This document shows positions 1-9,416 of a DNA stretch of 40,858 bases, piece by piece. Numbering within the stretch: position 1 is the first letter of the stretch; each line of letters begins with the position of its first letter. Below the pieces are notes generated by a model. The model searched no databases. It saw only the letters and a program-made list of their open reading frames with translations, and was not told where the DNA came from. Origin of the DNA: an uncultured Syntrophomonadaceae bacterium (GTDB lineage Bacteria > Bacillota > Dethiobacteria > DTU022); contig CAZQEV010000002.1 of assembly GCA_964592135.1 (NCBI GenBank), positions 1 to 40,858 on the forward strand, in the 5' to 3' direction. A program made the translations under genes and the position numbers.

Positions 1-1174
1 CGAAGAGACAGAAGATCTTGAAGCCGATATTTCCGTCTCCGCCTCGGGCATGGATCTGTCGGCCCTGGGCGGCAGCGGGATCGAGGTTGTGATCAAGGGC
101 GAAAACCTGGATACCCTGGCTGCCGCCGCCGAAGAGGTGGCGGGGCTGCTTAGAGAAACAGAGGGCGCGGTGGATATTCTAACGGGGACTGAGGGCGGCT
201 CCACCGAGACCCGCATCGCCATCAACCGGGATGCGGCCATGCGGGAGGGGTTGACGGTGGCGCAGATCTATCAGGAGGTCGCCGCACGGCTGGCGGACAA
301 AACAGAGTCCACCAGGCTGCAGGCCGGTGACGAAGAGTACCCCATCATCGTGACCAGCGCGGCACAGGGCGCAACCACCCGGGAGAACATCGGCGAATTG
401 ACATTCACCGCCGCCGGACCGGAGGGGAACGAAAAAGAAGTGATTCTGGGCGATATCGCCGAGATCACTGAGGCGAACACCCCTTTCGCCATTGAACGGG
501 ATAATCAGTCGCGCCGCGTCAGTGTGAAAGCCTCTATCGCCGAAGGTTACAATATCGGCCTCGTCAGCCGCGACCTGGAAAAAACCCTGGCCTCCTACAC
601 CCCTCCCGCAGGGATTACCGTGGAGCCGGCCGGTGAAAATGAAATGATCACCAGCGCCGTACATGATATCACCCTGATGATCATCCTGGCGGTGATCTTT
701 ATCTACCTGATCATGGTGGCCCAGTTCCAGAGTCTGCTCTCCCCCTTCATCATCCTCTTTACCCTGCCCCTGGCTTTTACCGGCGGTTTGCTGCTGCTCT
801 GGGTCAGCGGCCTGGATCTCTCCGTCACCGCGCTGCTGGGTTTCCTGGTTTTAGCCGGTATCGTGGTGAACAACGGCATTGTCTATGTGGATTATGTCAA
901 CCAGCTCCGCCTGGCAGGCATGGATAAAGGGGAGGCCCTGCTCGAAGCCGGCAGCGCCCGGCTCCGGCCCATCATCATGACCGCTTTGACCACGATCCTG
1001 GCCATGAGTACCATCGCCCTGGGCATCGGCAGCGGCGCGGAGATGACCCAGCCCATGGCAGTGGTGACCATCGGGGGGCTCACCTATGCCACCCTCCTGA
1101 CGCTGCTCGTGGTGCCGCTGATGTACGATTTTCTGCACCGCCGGCCCCTGCGCAAGATCGAAATTGAGGAGTAG
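1..1174 (+). CDS. RND (AcrB/HAE1-type) efflux transporter permease, C-terminal part; 5' end lies outside the window
   Basis: The frame of nt 2 is open from the window edge, with no stop before the M at 50. A periplasmic subdomain is followed by a TM bundle typical of AcrB-family C-termini (VAQFQSLLSPFIILFTLPLAFTGG, GIVVNNGIVYVDY, RLRPIIMTALTTILAM, VVPLMYD). Confidence 0.8.
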   Translation, partial: EETEDLEADISVSASGMDLSALGGSGIEVVIKGENLDTLAAAAEEVAGLLRETEGAVDILTGTEGGSTETRIAINRDAAMREGLTVAQIYQEVAARLADKTESTRLQAGDEEYPIIVTSAAQGATTRENIGELTFTAAGPEGNEKEVILGDIAEITEANTPFAIERDNQSRRVSVKASIAEGYNIGLVSRDLEKTLASYTPPAGITVEPAGENEMITSAVHDITLMIILAVIFIYLIMVAQFQSLLSPFIILFTLPLAFTGGLLLLWVSGLDLSVTALLGFLVLAGIVVNNGIVYVDYVNQLRLAGMDKGEALLEAGSARLRPIIMTALTTILAMSTIALGIGSGAEMTQPMAVVTIGGLTYATLLTLLVVPLMYDFLHRRPLRKIEIEE

Positions 1175-1201
1175 GCAGGCGGATAGTGTACCCGGTTCTC
1201 G

Positions 1202-2260
1202 TTATTTAGCAGCACTTTTTTCAGGGCAGCTTACGGGTATGGTAACTTTAAACGTCGAACCGGCGCCCGGCTCGCTGTCTACGGCGATACTGCCTCCCAA
1301 AAGGTCAATAATCCCTTTAGCCAGGGCCAGTCCCAGGCCGTTGCCCTGGCCGGAACGGGAGCAGTCACCCTGGTAGAAGCGCTCGAATACCCGTTCCCGC
1401 GTCGCCTCGTCCATCCCGATGCCGTTATCCGCGATCTCCACGTTGACCGCGCCCTCGCCGGAGCACATCCGCACACTGATAACACCCATTTCACCGGCAA
1501 ACTTAACAGCATTGTCCAGGATATTGCTCCATACCTGTGCGAGGAGATCTTCGTTCCCCGAATAGTTTATTTCAGGCAGATCCACATCCAGTCGAATGCC
1601 TTTGGCCCGCCACTGCGGTTCAAGGGAGAGCACCGCCTGGCGAATCTGTTCATCTAAAGAAAAGAGCTTGGGCTGCGCCTGGATCTTCCGGTTATCGAGC
1701 CTGGAGAGATTCAGGATATTGGAGACAAGCTTGGTCAGCCGCTCTGTTTCGCTCTGTATTTTCAGGATATAGTCGCGGCGTTCCCCTTTCGCGATCTCAT
1801 CGCTGTCAAGCAGTTCCGTATATCCGGAAATGATTGAGAGCGGCGTCCTGAATTCATGGGAGACATTGGTGATGAAATCCCTGGCCAGATACTCGTTTGT
1901 CTTCAGCTCCCGGGCCATGAGCATAAAATTACGGGTAAGCTGTCCAAGCTCATCCTTTCTTTCCGCATAATTGATGGTGATATCAAAATTCCCTGAGGCG
2001 ATCTCTTTTGTTGCATTGGAAAGCTCGACAACAGGCGATACCGCTTTTTTTGAGATGGCGGCGACGATCATCACCGCTATGAGAACGGTAAAAACCGGGC
2101 TCAGGATCTCTTTGAGGGCAAAACCGAGGTAAAAAGCAGCGGGGTTCCCTCTTGCAATCAGGATGCCGCTGATGCCGATGGAGAGCAGTGCGGCCAAAAC
2201 CGAAGAGGCTACCACGGTGAGGATCATAAACAGAGCGAACTTCGTCTGGACACGTTTCAC
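1202..2260 (-). CDS. sensor histidine kinase with two TM helices joined by a very short loop, then HAMP, HisKA and HATPase domains
   Basis: H-box is SHEFRTPL. ATPase boxes are NAVKF, DNGIGM and GLGLALAKG. A HAMP-like segment follows TM2. The GTG start overlaps the stop of the upstream response regulator (GTGA). Confidence 0.85.
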   Translation of the reverse strand: MKRVQTKFALFMILTVVASSVLAALLSIGISGILIARGNPAAFYLGFALKEILSPVFTVLIAVMIVAAISKKAVSPVVELSNATKEIASGNFDITINYAERKDELGQLTRNFMLMARELKTNEYLARDFITNVSHEFRTPLSIISGYTELLDSDEIAKGERRDYILKIQSETERLTKLVSNILNLSRLDNRKIQAQPKLFSLDEQIRQAVLSLEPQWRAKGIRLDVDLPEINYSGNEDLLAQVWSNILDNAVKFAGEMGVISVRMCSGEGAVNVEIADNGIGMDEATRERVFERFYQGDCSRSGQGNGLGLALAKGIIDLLGGSIAVDSEPGAGSTFKVTIPVSCPEKSAAK

Positions 2261-2931
2261 CGCTTGATCACCCCCCGGTAACCCAGCCCCCTGACCGTCT
2301 CGATTTCAAAATCGGGCGAATGGGAAAACTTCTCCCGGAGCCGCTTGATGTGGACATCTACCGTACGCGGGTCTGTTTCACTCCCATAGCCCCAGATTTC
2401 ATCCATGAGCACATGGCGGGTGAATATTTTATGGGGGTAGGATAAGAGCATATGCAGAAGCTGAAATTCCTTCTGCGGAAGGACGATCGAATCCCCGCCG
2501 CGGGCAACCATCAGCGATTCCGAATTCAGGGTCGAGGCGCCGGCGCTGAGGATATGCCGCCCCGACAGGTTGGATCGCCGGACCAGCGCCTCGACCCTGA
2601 GCAGCATCTCCTCCATGTCGATGGGCTTGACCATGTAGTCGTCGGCGCCCGCTTTGAAACCCCTTCGCTTATCCTCCAGAGTTTCCTTTGCGGTGACCAT
2701 AAGGACAGGAATGGTTATATTTGCGCCCCTGAGTTCGCCCGTCAATTCATATCCGTCCATCCTGGGCATCATAATGTCGAGTATAATCAGGTGAATCGCC
2801 ACCTGCTCGATAATCTGCAGCGCTTCAACACCGCTGCCCGCCTCGAAAACGTTATACCCCGCACGTTTCAAGTGAATGGATATAAGCTGCCTCAGCTTTT
2901 CGTTATCTTCCACGACCAATATGTTTAACAA
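2257..2931 (-). CDS. OmpR/PhoB-family response regulator
   Basis: Receiver motifs are VVEDN, LIILDIMMPRMDG and MVTAK. The C-terminal winged helix has RTVDVHIKRLREK...GLGY. TTG start with AGGGGGAA 5 nt upstream. Confidence 0.9.
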   Translation of the reverse strand: MLNILVVEDNEKLRQLISIHLKRAGYNVFEAGSGVEALQIIEQVAIHLIILDIMMPRMDGYELTGELRGANITIPVLMVTAKETLEDKRRGFKAGADDYMVKPIDMEEMLLRVEALVRRSNLSGRHILSAGASTLNSESLMVARGGDSIVLPQKEFQLLHMLLSYPHKIFTRHVLMDEIWGYGSETDPRTVDVHIKRLREKFSHSPDFEIETVRGLGYRGVIKR

Positions 2932-3063
2932 AGGATTTCCCCCTATTCCACCCGTTAAATCAGCAATCCCCCATACTATTGTTTATACCCCGACTATGAA
3001 CTCAATATGAACTATGTCATTCGATGTTTTACCTGGGGGTTCCTTCCGGGCAGGGCTGGTTGA

Positions 3064-3183
3064 AAAAGGCGTCCTGAAAGATCTTGCTTTTATGGCTCAA
3101 TACAAAAAGCTGTTACCTATGTTATCGTATATGATCACATAGAGATTGAACGGGCGCTACGCTATAAAGCGGATTACGGGGGC
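3064..3183 (+). pseudogene. possible C-terminal remnant of a RelE/ParE-type toxin, in frame with and immediately upstream of the XRE gene
   Basis: The frame is open from the TGA at 3061 and reads ...AVTYVIVYDHIEIERALRYKADYGG. This resembles the ParE/RelE C-terminus pattern (h-I-x-Y...IEIxRvLHgrxDY). There is no start codon and no full-length ORF in any frame of 2932-3183. Confidence 0.25.
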
Positions 3184-3189
3184 GTGATA

Positions 3190-3474
3190 ATGAATAAAGC
3201 AGGGGCCAAATCGTCCGAAGTAAAAGAGCTTTTCATGAAAGATGGAGAATTTGAAACGGAATATGAGAAGCTAAAGCCTCGCTATGATGTGATTTCTCAA
3301 ATTATCGAAGCGCGGATCAGCCAAAATATGACGCAGGAAGAGTTGGCGCTCCGTGTCGGGACGCAGAAATCCAACATCAGCCGTCTGGAAAGCGGAACGT
3401 ACAACCCTTCCCTGGACTTTCTATCCAGGGTTGCCCGCTCTCTTGGGAAAGAAGTTCAGATCACATTAAAATAA
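3190..3474 (+). CDS. XRE-family helix-turn-helix protein, antitoxin-like
   Basis: HTH_3 core is MTQEELALRVGTQKSNISRLESGTYNPSLDFLSRVARSLG. ATG at 3190 lies about 7 nt after GGGGG. The track start at 3184 is an in-frame GTG. Confidence 0.8.
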   Translation: MNKAGAKSSEVKELFMKDGEFETEYEKLKPRYDVISQIIEARISQNMTQEELALRVGTQKSNISRLESGTYNPSLDFLSRVARSLGKEVQITLK

Positions 3475-3502
3475 AGGTCTATGAAAAACCATGGTCAATT
3501 GA

Positions 3503-3682
3503 ACGGCAGTGAAGGAAGTGCTGACGCATGAAATTGCTTTTCTGTCCCCGTCGTCCAAAATTACCGTTTTTCCGGCCCCAACGTACTATAAAGATTTTTA
3601 CCTGGAGCGGGACATGGAATTTCTTTTCGGTATCAATGTATCATCGAACAACTTTAACGACGATGTTTTGGGCACACCCTGA
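3503..3682 (+). pseudogene. fragment of an IS1634/IS4-like (DUF4277-type) transposase N-terminal region
   Basis: A 59-codon open frame without a start codon reads ...SKITVFPAPTYYKDFYLERDMEFLFGINVSSNNFNDDVLGTP*. The F(N)DD-x-LG motif and the preceding pattern resemble the N-terminal domain of IS1634-family transposases. The remaining ~500 aa are absent. Confidence 0.4.
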
Positions 3683-3767
3683 ATAAAAGATATGCAGCGC
3701 CTCCTGCCCGAAAAAGAGGCTTGAGATCAATCGCCCGAAAAACTAGCAATTCAAGACCTGACCCCCT

Positions 3768-4673
3768 TTAGGCCAGCAGGGCGCGCGCGAAGTCGGCGGC
3801 GTCGAAGGGAAGCAGATCGTCGAGTTTCTCACCAACCCCCACATAGCAGACAGGTACTTTCAGGATATCCTGGATGCCGACGACAATGCCGCCGCGGGCG
3901 GTCCCGTCAAGCTTTGTCAGCACCAGGCCCGTTACCGGCACCGCCTCGTTGAAATGAAGCGCCTGGGCAATGCCGTTATGGCCCGTGGTGGCGTCGATGA
4001 CCAGAAGCACGCGGTGCGGCGCCCCCGGCTGAACCTGTCCGATGACGCGGTTGATTTTTTTCAGCTCTTCCATGAGGTTGACCCTGGTATGCAGCCTCCC
4101 GGCGGTATCGCCGATGACCACATCGACCTGCCGCGCCCGGGCGGCATGGAGGGCATCGTAGAAGACTGCCGAAGGATCGGAACCGGGCTGCTGCTTGATC
4201 AGCGCTACTCCAGCCCTCTCGGCCCAGATCTGCAGCTGCTCGATGGCGGCGGCCCGGAAGGTGTCTCCGGCAACAAGGAGCACTTCACGGCCCTCCTGAC
4301 GGCAGCGGTGGGCCAGCTTCGCCGCGGTAGTCGTTTTCCCGGAGCCGTTTACCCCCACCAGCAGTATGACCAGGGGATCCTGATCGTACTTGACCCACTT
4401 TTCGGGCAGGCTGAGCATGGCGGTAATTTCCTGAATGAGCAGCTCCCTGGCCTCGTCACGGCGGCGCAGCTTAAGCCGCCCGGCCTCGCGGCGCAGCTGT
4501 TCCACAAGCTTCAGGACAGCCTCAACACCCACATCGCCCAGGATGAGGGCCTCCTCCAGCTCCTCGTAGAATTCCTCGTTCAGCTCTCCTTCGCGGAAAA
4601 GATGGTCGAGGCGCCGCAAAAAACCCTCTTTGCTTCTGGCCAGGCCGGCCTTGAATCGTTCTACAAGGTTCAA
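3768..4673 (-). CDS. ftsY: signal recognition particle receptor FtsY
   Basis: SRP54-type GTPase motifs are GVNGSGKTTT, DTAGR and TKLDG, with an N-terminal helical bundle. Sits directly downstream of smc as in other Firmicutes. Confidence 0.95.
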   Translation of the reverse strand: MNLVERFKAGLARSKEGFLRRLDHLFREGELNEEFYEELEEALILGDVGVEAVLKLVEQLRREAGRLKLRRRDEARELLIQEITAMLSLPEKWVKYDQDPLVILLVGVNGSGKTTTAAKLAHRCRQEGREVLLVAGDTFRAAAIEQLQIWAERAGVALIKQQPGSDPSAVFYDALHAARARQVDVVIGDTAGRLHTRVNLMEELKKINRVIGQVQPGAPHRVLLVIDATTGHNGIAQALHFNEAVPVTGLVLTKLDGTARGGIVVGIQDILKVPVCYVGVGEKLDDLLPFDAADFARALLA

Positions 4674-4686
4674 ATCAATGCTCTCC

Positions 4687-7600
4687 TTATCCGACTTTCT
4701 GGTCCAGCTTCAGGGATACAAGCGTGGAGACGCCCTCTTCGGGCATGGTCACACCGTACAGAAGATCGGCCTCTTCCATCGTCCGGCGCCGGTGTGTGAT
4801 CAGGATAAATTGCGCCTCCCGGGATACTTTTTTCACGTAGCCCGTAAAGCGAGAAAGGTTGACATCATCGAGGGAGGATTCCACCTCATCGAGGAGGTAA
4901 AAAGGCGCCGGCTTGTAACGCAAAATGGCGAAGATCACCGCTACTGCAGCCAGCGACTTCTCCCCTGTGGAAAGAAGCGAGATGTTCTGCAGCCTCTTTC
5001 CCGGCGGTTGAGCCACAATTTCTATTCCCGCTTCCAGCAGGTTGTCAGGATCCGTCAATCTGAGATCCACCCTGCCTCCCTGAAATAGTTCGCTGAAAAC
5101 ATCCTGCAGGTTGTTCCTTATTCCTGTGAAAGCCTCGTTAAAAAAGTGGGCCATCCTCTCATCAATCTCACCGATGATGCGATGAAGCGACAGTTCGCCC
5201 TGCCTCAGATCATCCTGCTGCTCTGTCAAGAAGCTGATCCTTTCCTGCAGTCTGGCCAGTTCGTCGATAGCGCCGAGGTTGATCACACCGAGCACTTCAA
5301 TGTCTTCATTCAAGGTCCCGATAAGCCCTTCGCATTCCGCCGCATCAAAATCAGGTGCCGGGTCTACCGGTTCGTCGGAGCCGAAAAGCTCGCTGAAGCG
5401 GCCCAGCTGGTACTGAATCTCTGTCTGAAGCCTGCTCTGCTCCACGGCCAGATGTCTTTCCCTTTTTTCATGGCGAGCCTGTCTGCTCCTGTTCTGCCGC
5501 TGCTGCTCTTCAAGATCCAGCAGAGCCGCAGTGGACAATCCGGCCGCCTTTTTATGCTCCTGAAGCTCCAGCGTCAGGGCGGCGCTCTCTTCGCGCAACT
5601 GCTGCAGCAGGGTGGAGACATTTTCCCGGGCGCCGCCTATTTCCGCCAGGGCTTCTGCACATCCGGCGGCTTCACGCCGCCTTTCCGCCTGCTCCTGCAG
5701 CGGCCCGTCAAGGTCGGCAGAGATCCGCTCCAGGTTATTTTGCAAAGACTGCTCCTGTTCCTGCAAAGAATTGAGCCTGATCAAAGCTGCCGTTAAAGAC
5801 TCATCAAGTCCCTTCTTTTCTGAAAGTCCGCGCTGGTAAATCTCTTTTGATCCTTCCAGCTCCCTTTCAGCCAGGACAATCTCTTCAGCGCAGCTTTGTT
5901 CCTTCAGTGTAAGGGCTTCACGACGTTCAAGCAGTTCTTCCACCTCTCTATCCAGCTCCTGTAGAGCCGTCGCCGTGTCCTCCCGGCGCTGCTCCAGGAC
6001 TCGGACAGCGGAACTGCTCTCCTCAAGGGACTTTTCAGCAGCCCGGAGTGCTCCAGCCAGTTCCTCCTGCTTCCGCCGCAATGCGGCCGATTCTGAGGCA
6101 GTCTCCCCGATCTCCCCTTTGCGCTCTGCAATCTTCTCTTCCCATGCGTCTTTTGTTTTATGCAGCGATTCCAGTTCCCGCTCAAGCTCTTCGATTTCAC
6201 GGCGCCGTCCCAGGGGAAGAGCAGCGCTGCGCCTGGGCATACTGCCTCCTCTGATCGCCCCCCCGGGGTTGATCAGATCACCTTCCAGGGATATTATGCG
6301 GCAGCTGTAGTTGATCAGGCGCGCCGCCTCTGTAGCCACCTTCAGGTCGCTGCAAATAAGGATTTGCCCCAGAAGGTAGTGAACCACCTTTTCATAGGCC
6401 GGGTCTGTCTCCACCAGATCCGACGCTTTGCCGAAAACTCCCTTCAACCGGCGCCACTCCGCAAACCGTTCCAGCCCCGATTCGGAAGGACGGATCGTAT
6501 CCAGGGGTAAAAAAGTGCACCAGCCCAGGTTTTTCTCCTTGAGAAAGCGGATCGCCTCCAAAGCGGTGGCTTCGGTTTCGACAACAATGTACTGCAGCGC
6601 CGGCCCCAGGGCAGCCTCAATGGCCCGCAGAAAGCGATTCTCCACAGAGATCAAATCGACTACCGGGCCGATAACGCCGGCTAGGTTGGCCCTGTTCTGA
6701 ATTATTTCCCGCACTCCCCGGTAATAACCGCCCAGCCCGGCTTCCTGATCCCGGAGCAGCTGTAAACGGCTTTTCACTCCGCCGATATCCACATGGCAGC
6801 GCTGCTCCTCCTGCAGCAGGGCGGCAAGCTCCTCCTTTAGCTTTTCCATGCGGCGATCCGCAGCGGCCGCCTGCGCCGCCGCTGCCGCCGCCCGCTTTTC
6901 CGCCGTAGCGGCAGCGCTAGAGAGCTCCTCCTGTCCGGAGCTGAGAAGCGCCGCCTCCCCGTCAAGGGCAGCCTTTTCCCGTAACAGCGCTTCGTGGCGC
7001 CTTTTCAACCGCTCTTCCTGCTGCCGGAGTTCCTCCAGGGCGGCAATAATCCCTTTCTGCCCGGCCGCCGCCCGGTACAGCTTCTGCTGCCGCGCCTCCA
7101 CATCTCCGGTCAAAAAACCTTTCTCAAACTGCTCCATCTTTTGCCGGAGCAGGTCATAACTCTCTTTTTCCTTGGCCAGAGCCTCTCTTTTCGAATGCAG
7201 CTCCAGGGTGCTGCTCTCTTCTTCCCCATTCAGCCTGTTGATCACAGCAGCAAGCTGCTCGAGACGCCTTTCACCCTGGGTGATCTGCTCCCGGTAGCGG
7301 CTCTCTCGTTCTTCAAGCAAGCGCAGTTCGTTTTCCTGACGCTCCATCTCCCTTGAAGTCCGGTTCGCCCCTTGCTCCAGTTCAATAAGGCGTCGTCCCT
7401 CCTCCTGCTGCCGCATTTTCAGCTCTTGGAACTCTTTTTCCTGCAGCCCGCTGCGCGCCGCCATGGCACTCAGTGAATCTGTGATGTTCTGCTGCCGCCG
7501 CTCCACTCCTGCCAGTTCTTTTCGGGAGAGGTGGAGCCTGTGGGAGAGAAGCTCCTTCTGAGCCGCATCGAGCCGGCCCTTAAGATCGCGGTAACGCTGA

Positions 7601-8235
7601 GCCGTCTCCGCCTGCCCGGTAACGGGGTCAATCTGCGCCTCCAGCTCGACAATCAGATCCTGAACGCGGACGAGATTCTCCCGGGTCTCTTCCAGCCGCC
7701 GCCGCGCTTCGTTTTTCCGCAGTTTATATTTCAAGATACCGGCGGCTTCCTCAAATATCTCCCTTCTCTCCTCGGGCTTGCTGTTAATGATCTCTTCAAC
7801 ACGGCCCTGGCTGATAACAGAATAGATCTCCCGGCCGATCCCCGTGTCCAGGAACAGCCCGGTAATATCTTTGAGCCGGCACGGCGTATTGTTGATCAGA
7901 TATTCGCTTTCACCGGAGCGGTAAATCCGACGGGCCACGGTGATCTCCTCGTAATCGAGATTCAGGGCGGACCCGGCCCCGCCGAAGGTCAACGATACCT
8001 CGGCGTAATTAAGGGCTTTTCTCCCGGCACTGCCCGAAAAAATTACCTCCTCCATCCGGTTGCCGCGCAGCGCCTTTACGCTCTGCTCGCCCAGGGCCCA
8101 GCGGACGGCATCGACAATGTTGCTTTTACCGCAGCCGTTGGGACCGATCACTGCGGTTATGCCCCTGTCCAGCTCCAGCTCCGTTCTGTCGGCAAATGAT
8201 TTAAAGCCAAAGAGTTCAATTCGTTTCAAGTGCAT
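4687..8235 (-). CDS. smc: chromosome segregation protein SMC
   Basis: 1182 aa. N-terminal Walker A is GPNGCGKSN. Long coiled coils flank a hinge. C-terminal signature LSGGEK-like (LSTGEKSLAAVA) and Walker B (FYLLDEVESSLD). Confidence 0.95.
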   Translation of the reverse strand: MHLKRIELFGFKSFADRTELELDRGITAVIGPNGCGKSNIVDAVRWALGEQSVKALRGNRMEEVIFSGSAGRKALNYAEVSLTFGGAGSALNLDYEEITVARRIYRSGESEYLINNTPCRLKDITGLFLDTGIGREIYSVISQGRVEEIINSKPEERREIFEEAAGILKYKLRKNEARRRLEETRENLVRVQDLIVELEAQIDPVTGQAETAQRYRDLKGRLDAAQKELLSHRLHLSRKELAGVERRQQNITDSLSAMAARSGLQEKEFQELKMRQQEEGRRLIELEQGANRTSREMERQENELRLLEERESRYREQITQGERRLEQLAAVINRLNGEEESSTLELHSKREALAKEKESYDLLRQKMEQFEKGFLTGDVEARQQKLYRAAAGQKGIIAALEELRQQEERLKRRHEALLREKAALDGEAALLSSGQEELSSAAATAEKRAAAAAAQAAAADRRMEKLKEELAALLQEEQRCHVDIGGVKSRLQLLRDQEAGLGGYYRGVREIIQNRANLAGVIGPVVDLISVENRFLRAIEAALGPALQYIVVETEATALEAIRFLKEKNLGWCTFLPLDTIRPSESGLERFAEWRRLKGVFGKASDLVETDPAYEKVVHYLLGQILICSDLKVATEAARLINYSCRIISLEGDLINPGGAIRGGSMPRRSAALPLGRRREIEELERELESLHKTKDAWEEKIAERKGEIGETASESAALRRKQEELAGALRAAEKSLEESSSAVRVLEQRREDTATALQELDREVEELLERREALTLKEQSCAEEIVLAERELEGSKEIYQRGLSEKKGLDESLTAALIRLNSLQEQEQSLQNNLERISADLDGPLQEQAERRREAAGCAEALAEIGGARENVSTLLQQLREESAALTLELQEHKKAAGLSTAALLDLEEQQRQNRSRQARHEKRERHLAVEQSRLQTEIQYQLGRFSELFGSDEPVDPAPDFDAAECEGLIGTLNEDIEVLGVINLGAIDELARLQERISFLTEQQDDLRQGELSLHRIIGEIDERMAHFFNEAFTGIRNNLQDVFSELFQGGRVDLRLTDPDNLLEAGIEIVAQPPGKRLQNISLLSTGEKSLAAVAVIFAILRYKPAPFYLLDEVESSLDDVNLSRFTGYVKKVSREAQFILITHRRRTMEEADLLYGVTMPEEGVSTLVSLKLDQKVG

Positions 8236-8252
8236 CGCATATCTCCCCGGGC

Positions 8253-8281
8253 AAAAATAAACCTGCCTGTTCAGAGCAGGT
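8253..8281 (-). terminator. rho-independent terminator downstream of spoVS
   Basis: On the minus strand ACCUGC-9 nt loop-GCAGGU is followed by UUAUUUUUG, about 25 nt after the spoVS stop. Confidence 0.5.
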
Positions 8282-8305
8282 CAAAGTAACGGGGCCGGCT
8301 AAAAA

Positions 8306-8566
8306 CTATCTCGGCTCCACGATAAATTTAAGCGCCGTTCTCTCTTCATTGTTGATCTCGATCTCCACAAATGCCGGGATGACGACAAGATTGATTCCAT
8401 TGGGAGCAAGAAACCCCCGGGCAATGGCAATTGCTTTGATCGCCTGGTTCACCGCGCCCGCACCCACCGCCTGTAGTTGGACTGACCCTTCGCCCCTGAT
8501 TACCGCTGCTACAGCTCCTGCAACTGCTTTTGGTTTCGAGTCTGCTGATACCCTTAAGATCTCCAT
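8306..8566 (-). CDS. spoVS: stage V sporulation protein S
   Basis: 86 aa and near-colinear with SpoVS. Motifs are MEILRVSA..., GAGAVNQAIKAIAIARGF and ERTALKFIVEPR. Confidence 0.95.
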   Translation of the reverse strand: MEILRVSADSKPKAVAGAVAAVIRGEGSVQLQAVGAGAVNQAIKAIAIARGFLAPNGINLVVIPAFVEIEINNEERTALKFIVEPR

Positions 8567-8693
8567 CCTCTAGAGCAGCTCTCCTTCCCTGAATGGTTGG
8601 GTTTAAGGCAAGCAATGTTGTTCTATTCTTCATTTATTCAGAAAATACCTGCTCTGTGAGGTTTTAATTTACAGCTTAGACTTTCCCTCTCTC

Positions 8694-9416
8694 TCAGGCC
8701 AATTCCAACCAGGCCTTTTTGGCGGCAGCCTGCTCCGCCTCTTTTTTGCTCCGGCCCCGGCCCCGGCCCGCGCCGCCCCGGCCGCTGATAATTACCTCCG
8801 CTTCAAACATTTTATCATGATCGGGCCCGCTTTCCCGGATAATTCGATATTCGGGAGTAACTCCGTCACGGGCCTGGAGCAGCTCCTGAAGCAGAGTTTT
8901 GTAGTCGCGGTACAGGAATCCCCCGGCAAGATTTTCCAGGGCCGGGCGATAGAGTTGAATAATATACCTGCTGCACTTTTCCAGGCCCAGGTCGAGAAAT
9001 AGAGCGCCGAAAAGCGCTTCCAGGGCATCGGCCAGCAGCGAGGGGCGGGCGGCGCCGCCGCCCGCCGCTTCACCCTTGCCGAGACGCAAATAAGGACCCA
9101 GCCCGAGCATTTCAGCCAGGCCCGCCAGTGTTGCTTCACAGACAAGGTCGGCGCGCAGCCTGGTCAGTTTTCCTTCAGGCAGATGAGGGTATAAAAAGTA
9201 AAGATGATCGCTGATTACCAGCTGTAATACGGCATCCCCTAAAAATTCCAGACGCTCGTTGTGAACCTCGGCAGGGTCCTGTTCATGCGCAAAGGAGGAA
9301 TGCGTCAGCGCCTGCTCAAAGAGTTTGTCCTCCCTGATCTCCCATTGGAGAGAGCGAAAATAATTCCTGACCCGGTCCGACCAGGAAACCTGCTCTTTCA
9401 CATTATCCGTCGACAC
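8694..9416 (-). CDS. rnc: ribonuclease III
   Basis: RNase III signature is ERLEFLGDAVL. A C-terminal dsRBD is present (GPDHDKMFEAEV...SKKEAEQAAA). GTG start. Confidence 0.95.
   Translation of the reverse strand: MSTDNVKEQVSWSDRVRNYFRSLQWEIREDKLFEQALTHSSFAHEQDPAEVHNERLEFLGDAVLQLVISDHLYFLYPHLPEGKLTRLRADLVCEATLAGLAEMLGLGPYLRLGKGEAAGGGAARPSLLADALEALFGALFLDLGLEKCSRYIIQLYRPALENLAGGFLYRDYKTLLQELLQARDGVTPEYRIIRESGPDHDKMFEAEVIISGRGGAGRGRGRSKKEAEQAAAKKAWLELA

Noticed and set aside
3954-4799. 281-aa plus-strand ORF antisense to ftsY
   Set aside because: It lies entirely opposite a high-confidence conserved gene. The composition is Arg/Gly/Pro/Leu-rich and typical of antisense frames in GC-rich genomes. 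It has no RBS and no recognisable motif.
6848-6905. GCC/GCG-rich run that looks like a simple repeat
   Set aside because: It encodes the Ala-rich stretch (AAATAEKRAAAAAAQAAAADRR) of the SMC coiled coil. This is compositional bias within a CDS and not a repeat element.
5146-8199. Several 100-220-aa plus-strand ORFs (5146-5796, 5975-6310, 6160-6510, 6994-7356, 7531-8199) antisense to smc
   Set aside because: These are shadow ORFs of the smc coiled-coil region. They are low-complexity translations with no start context or domains.
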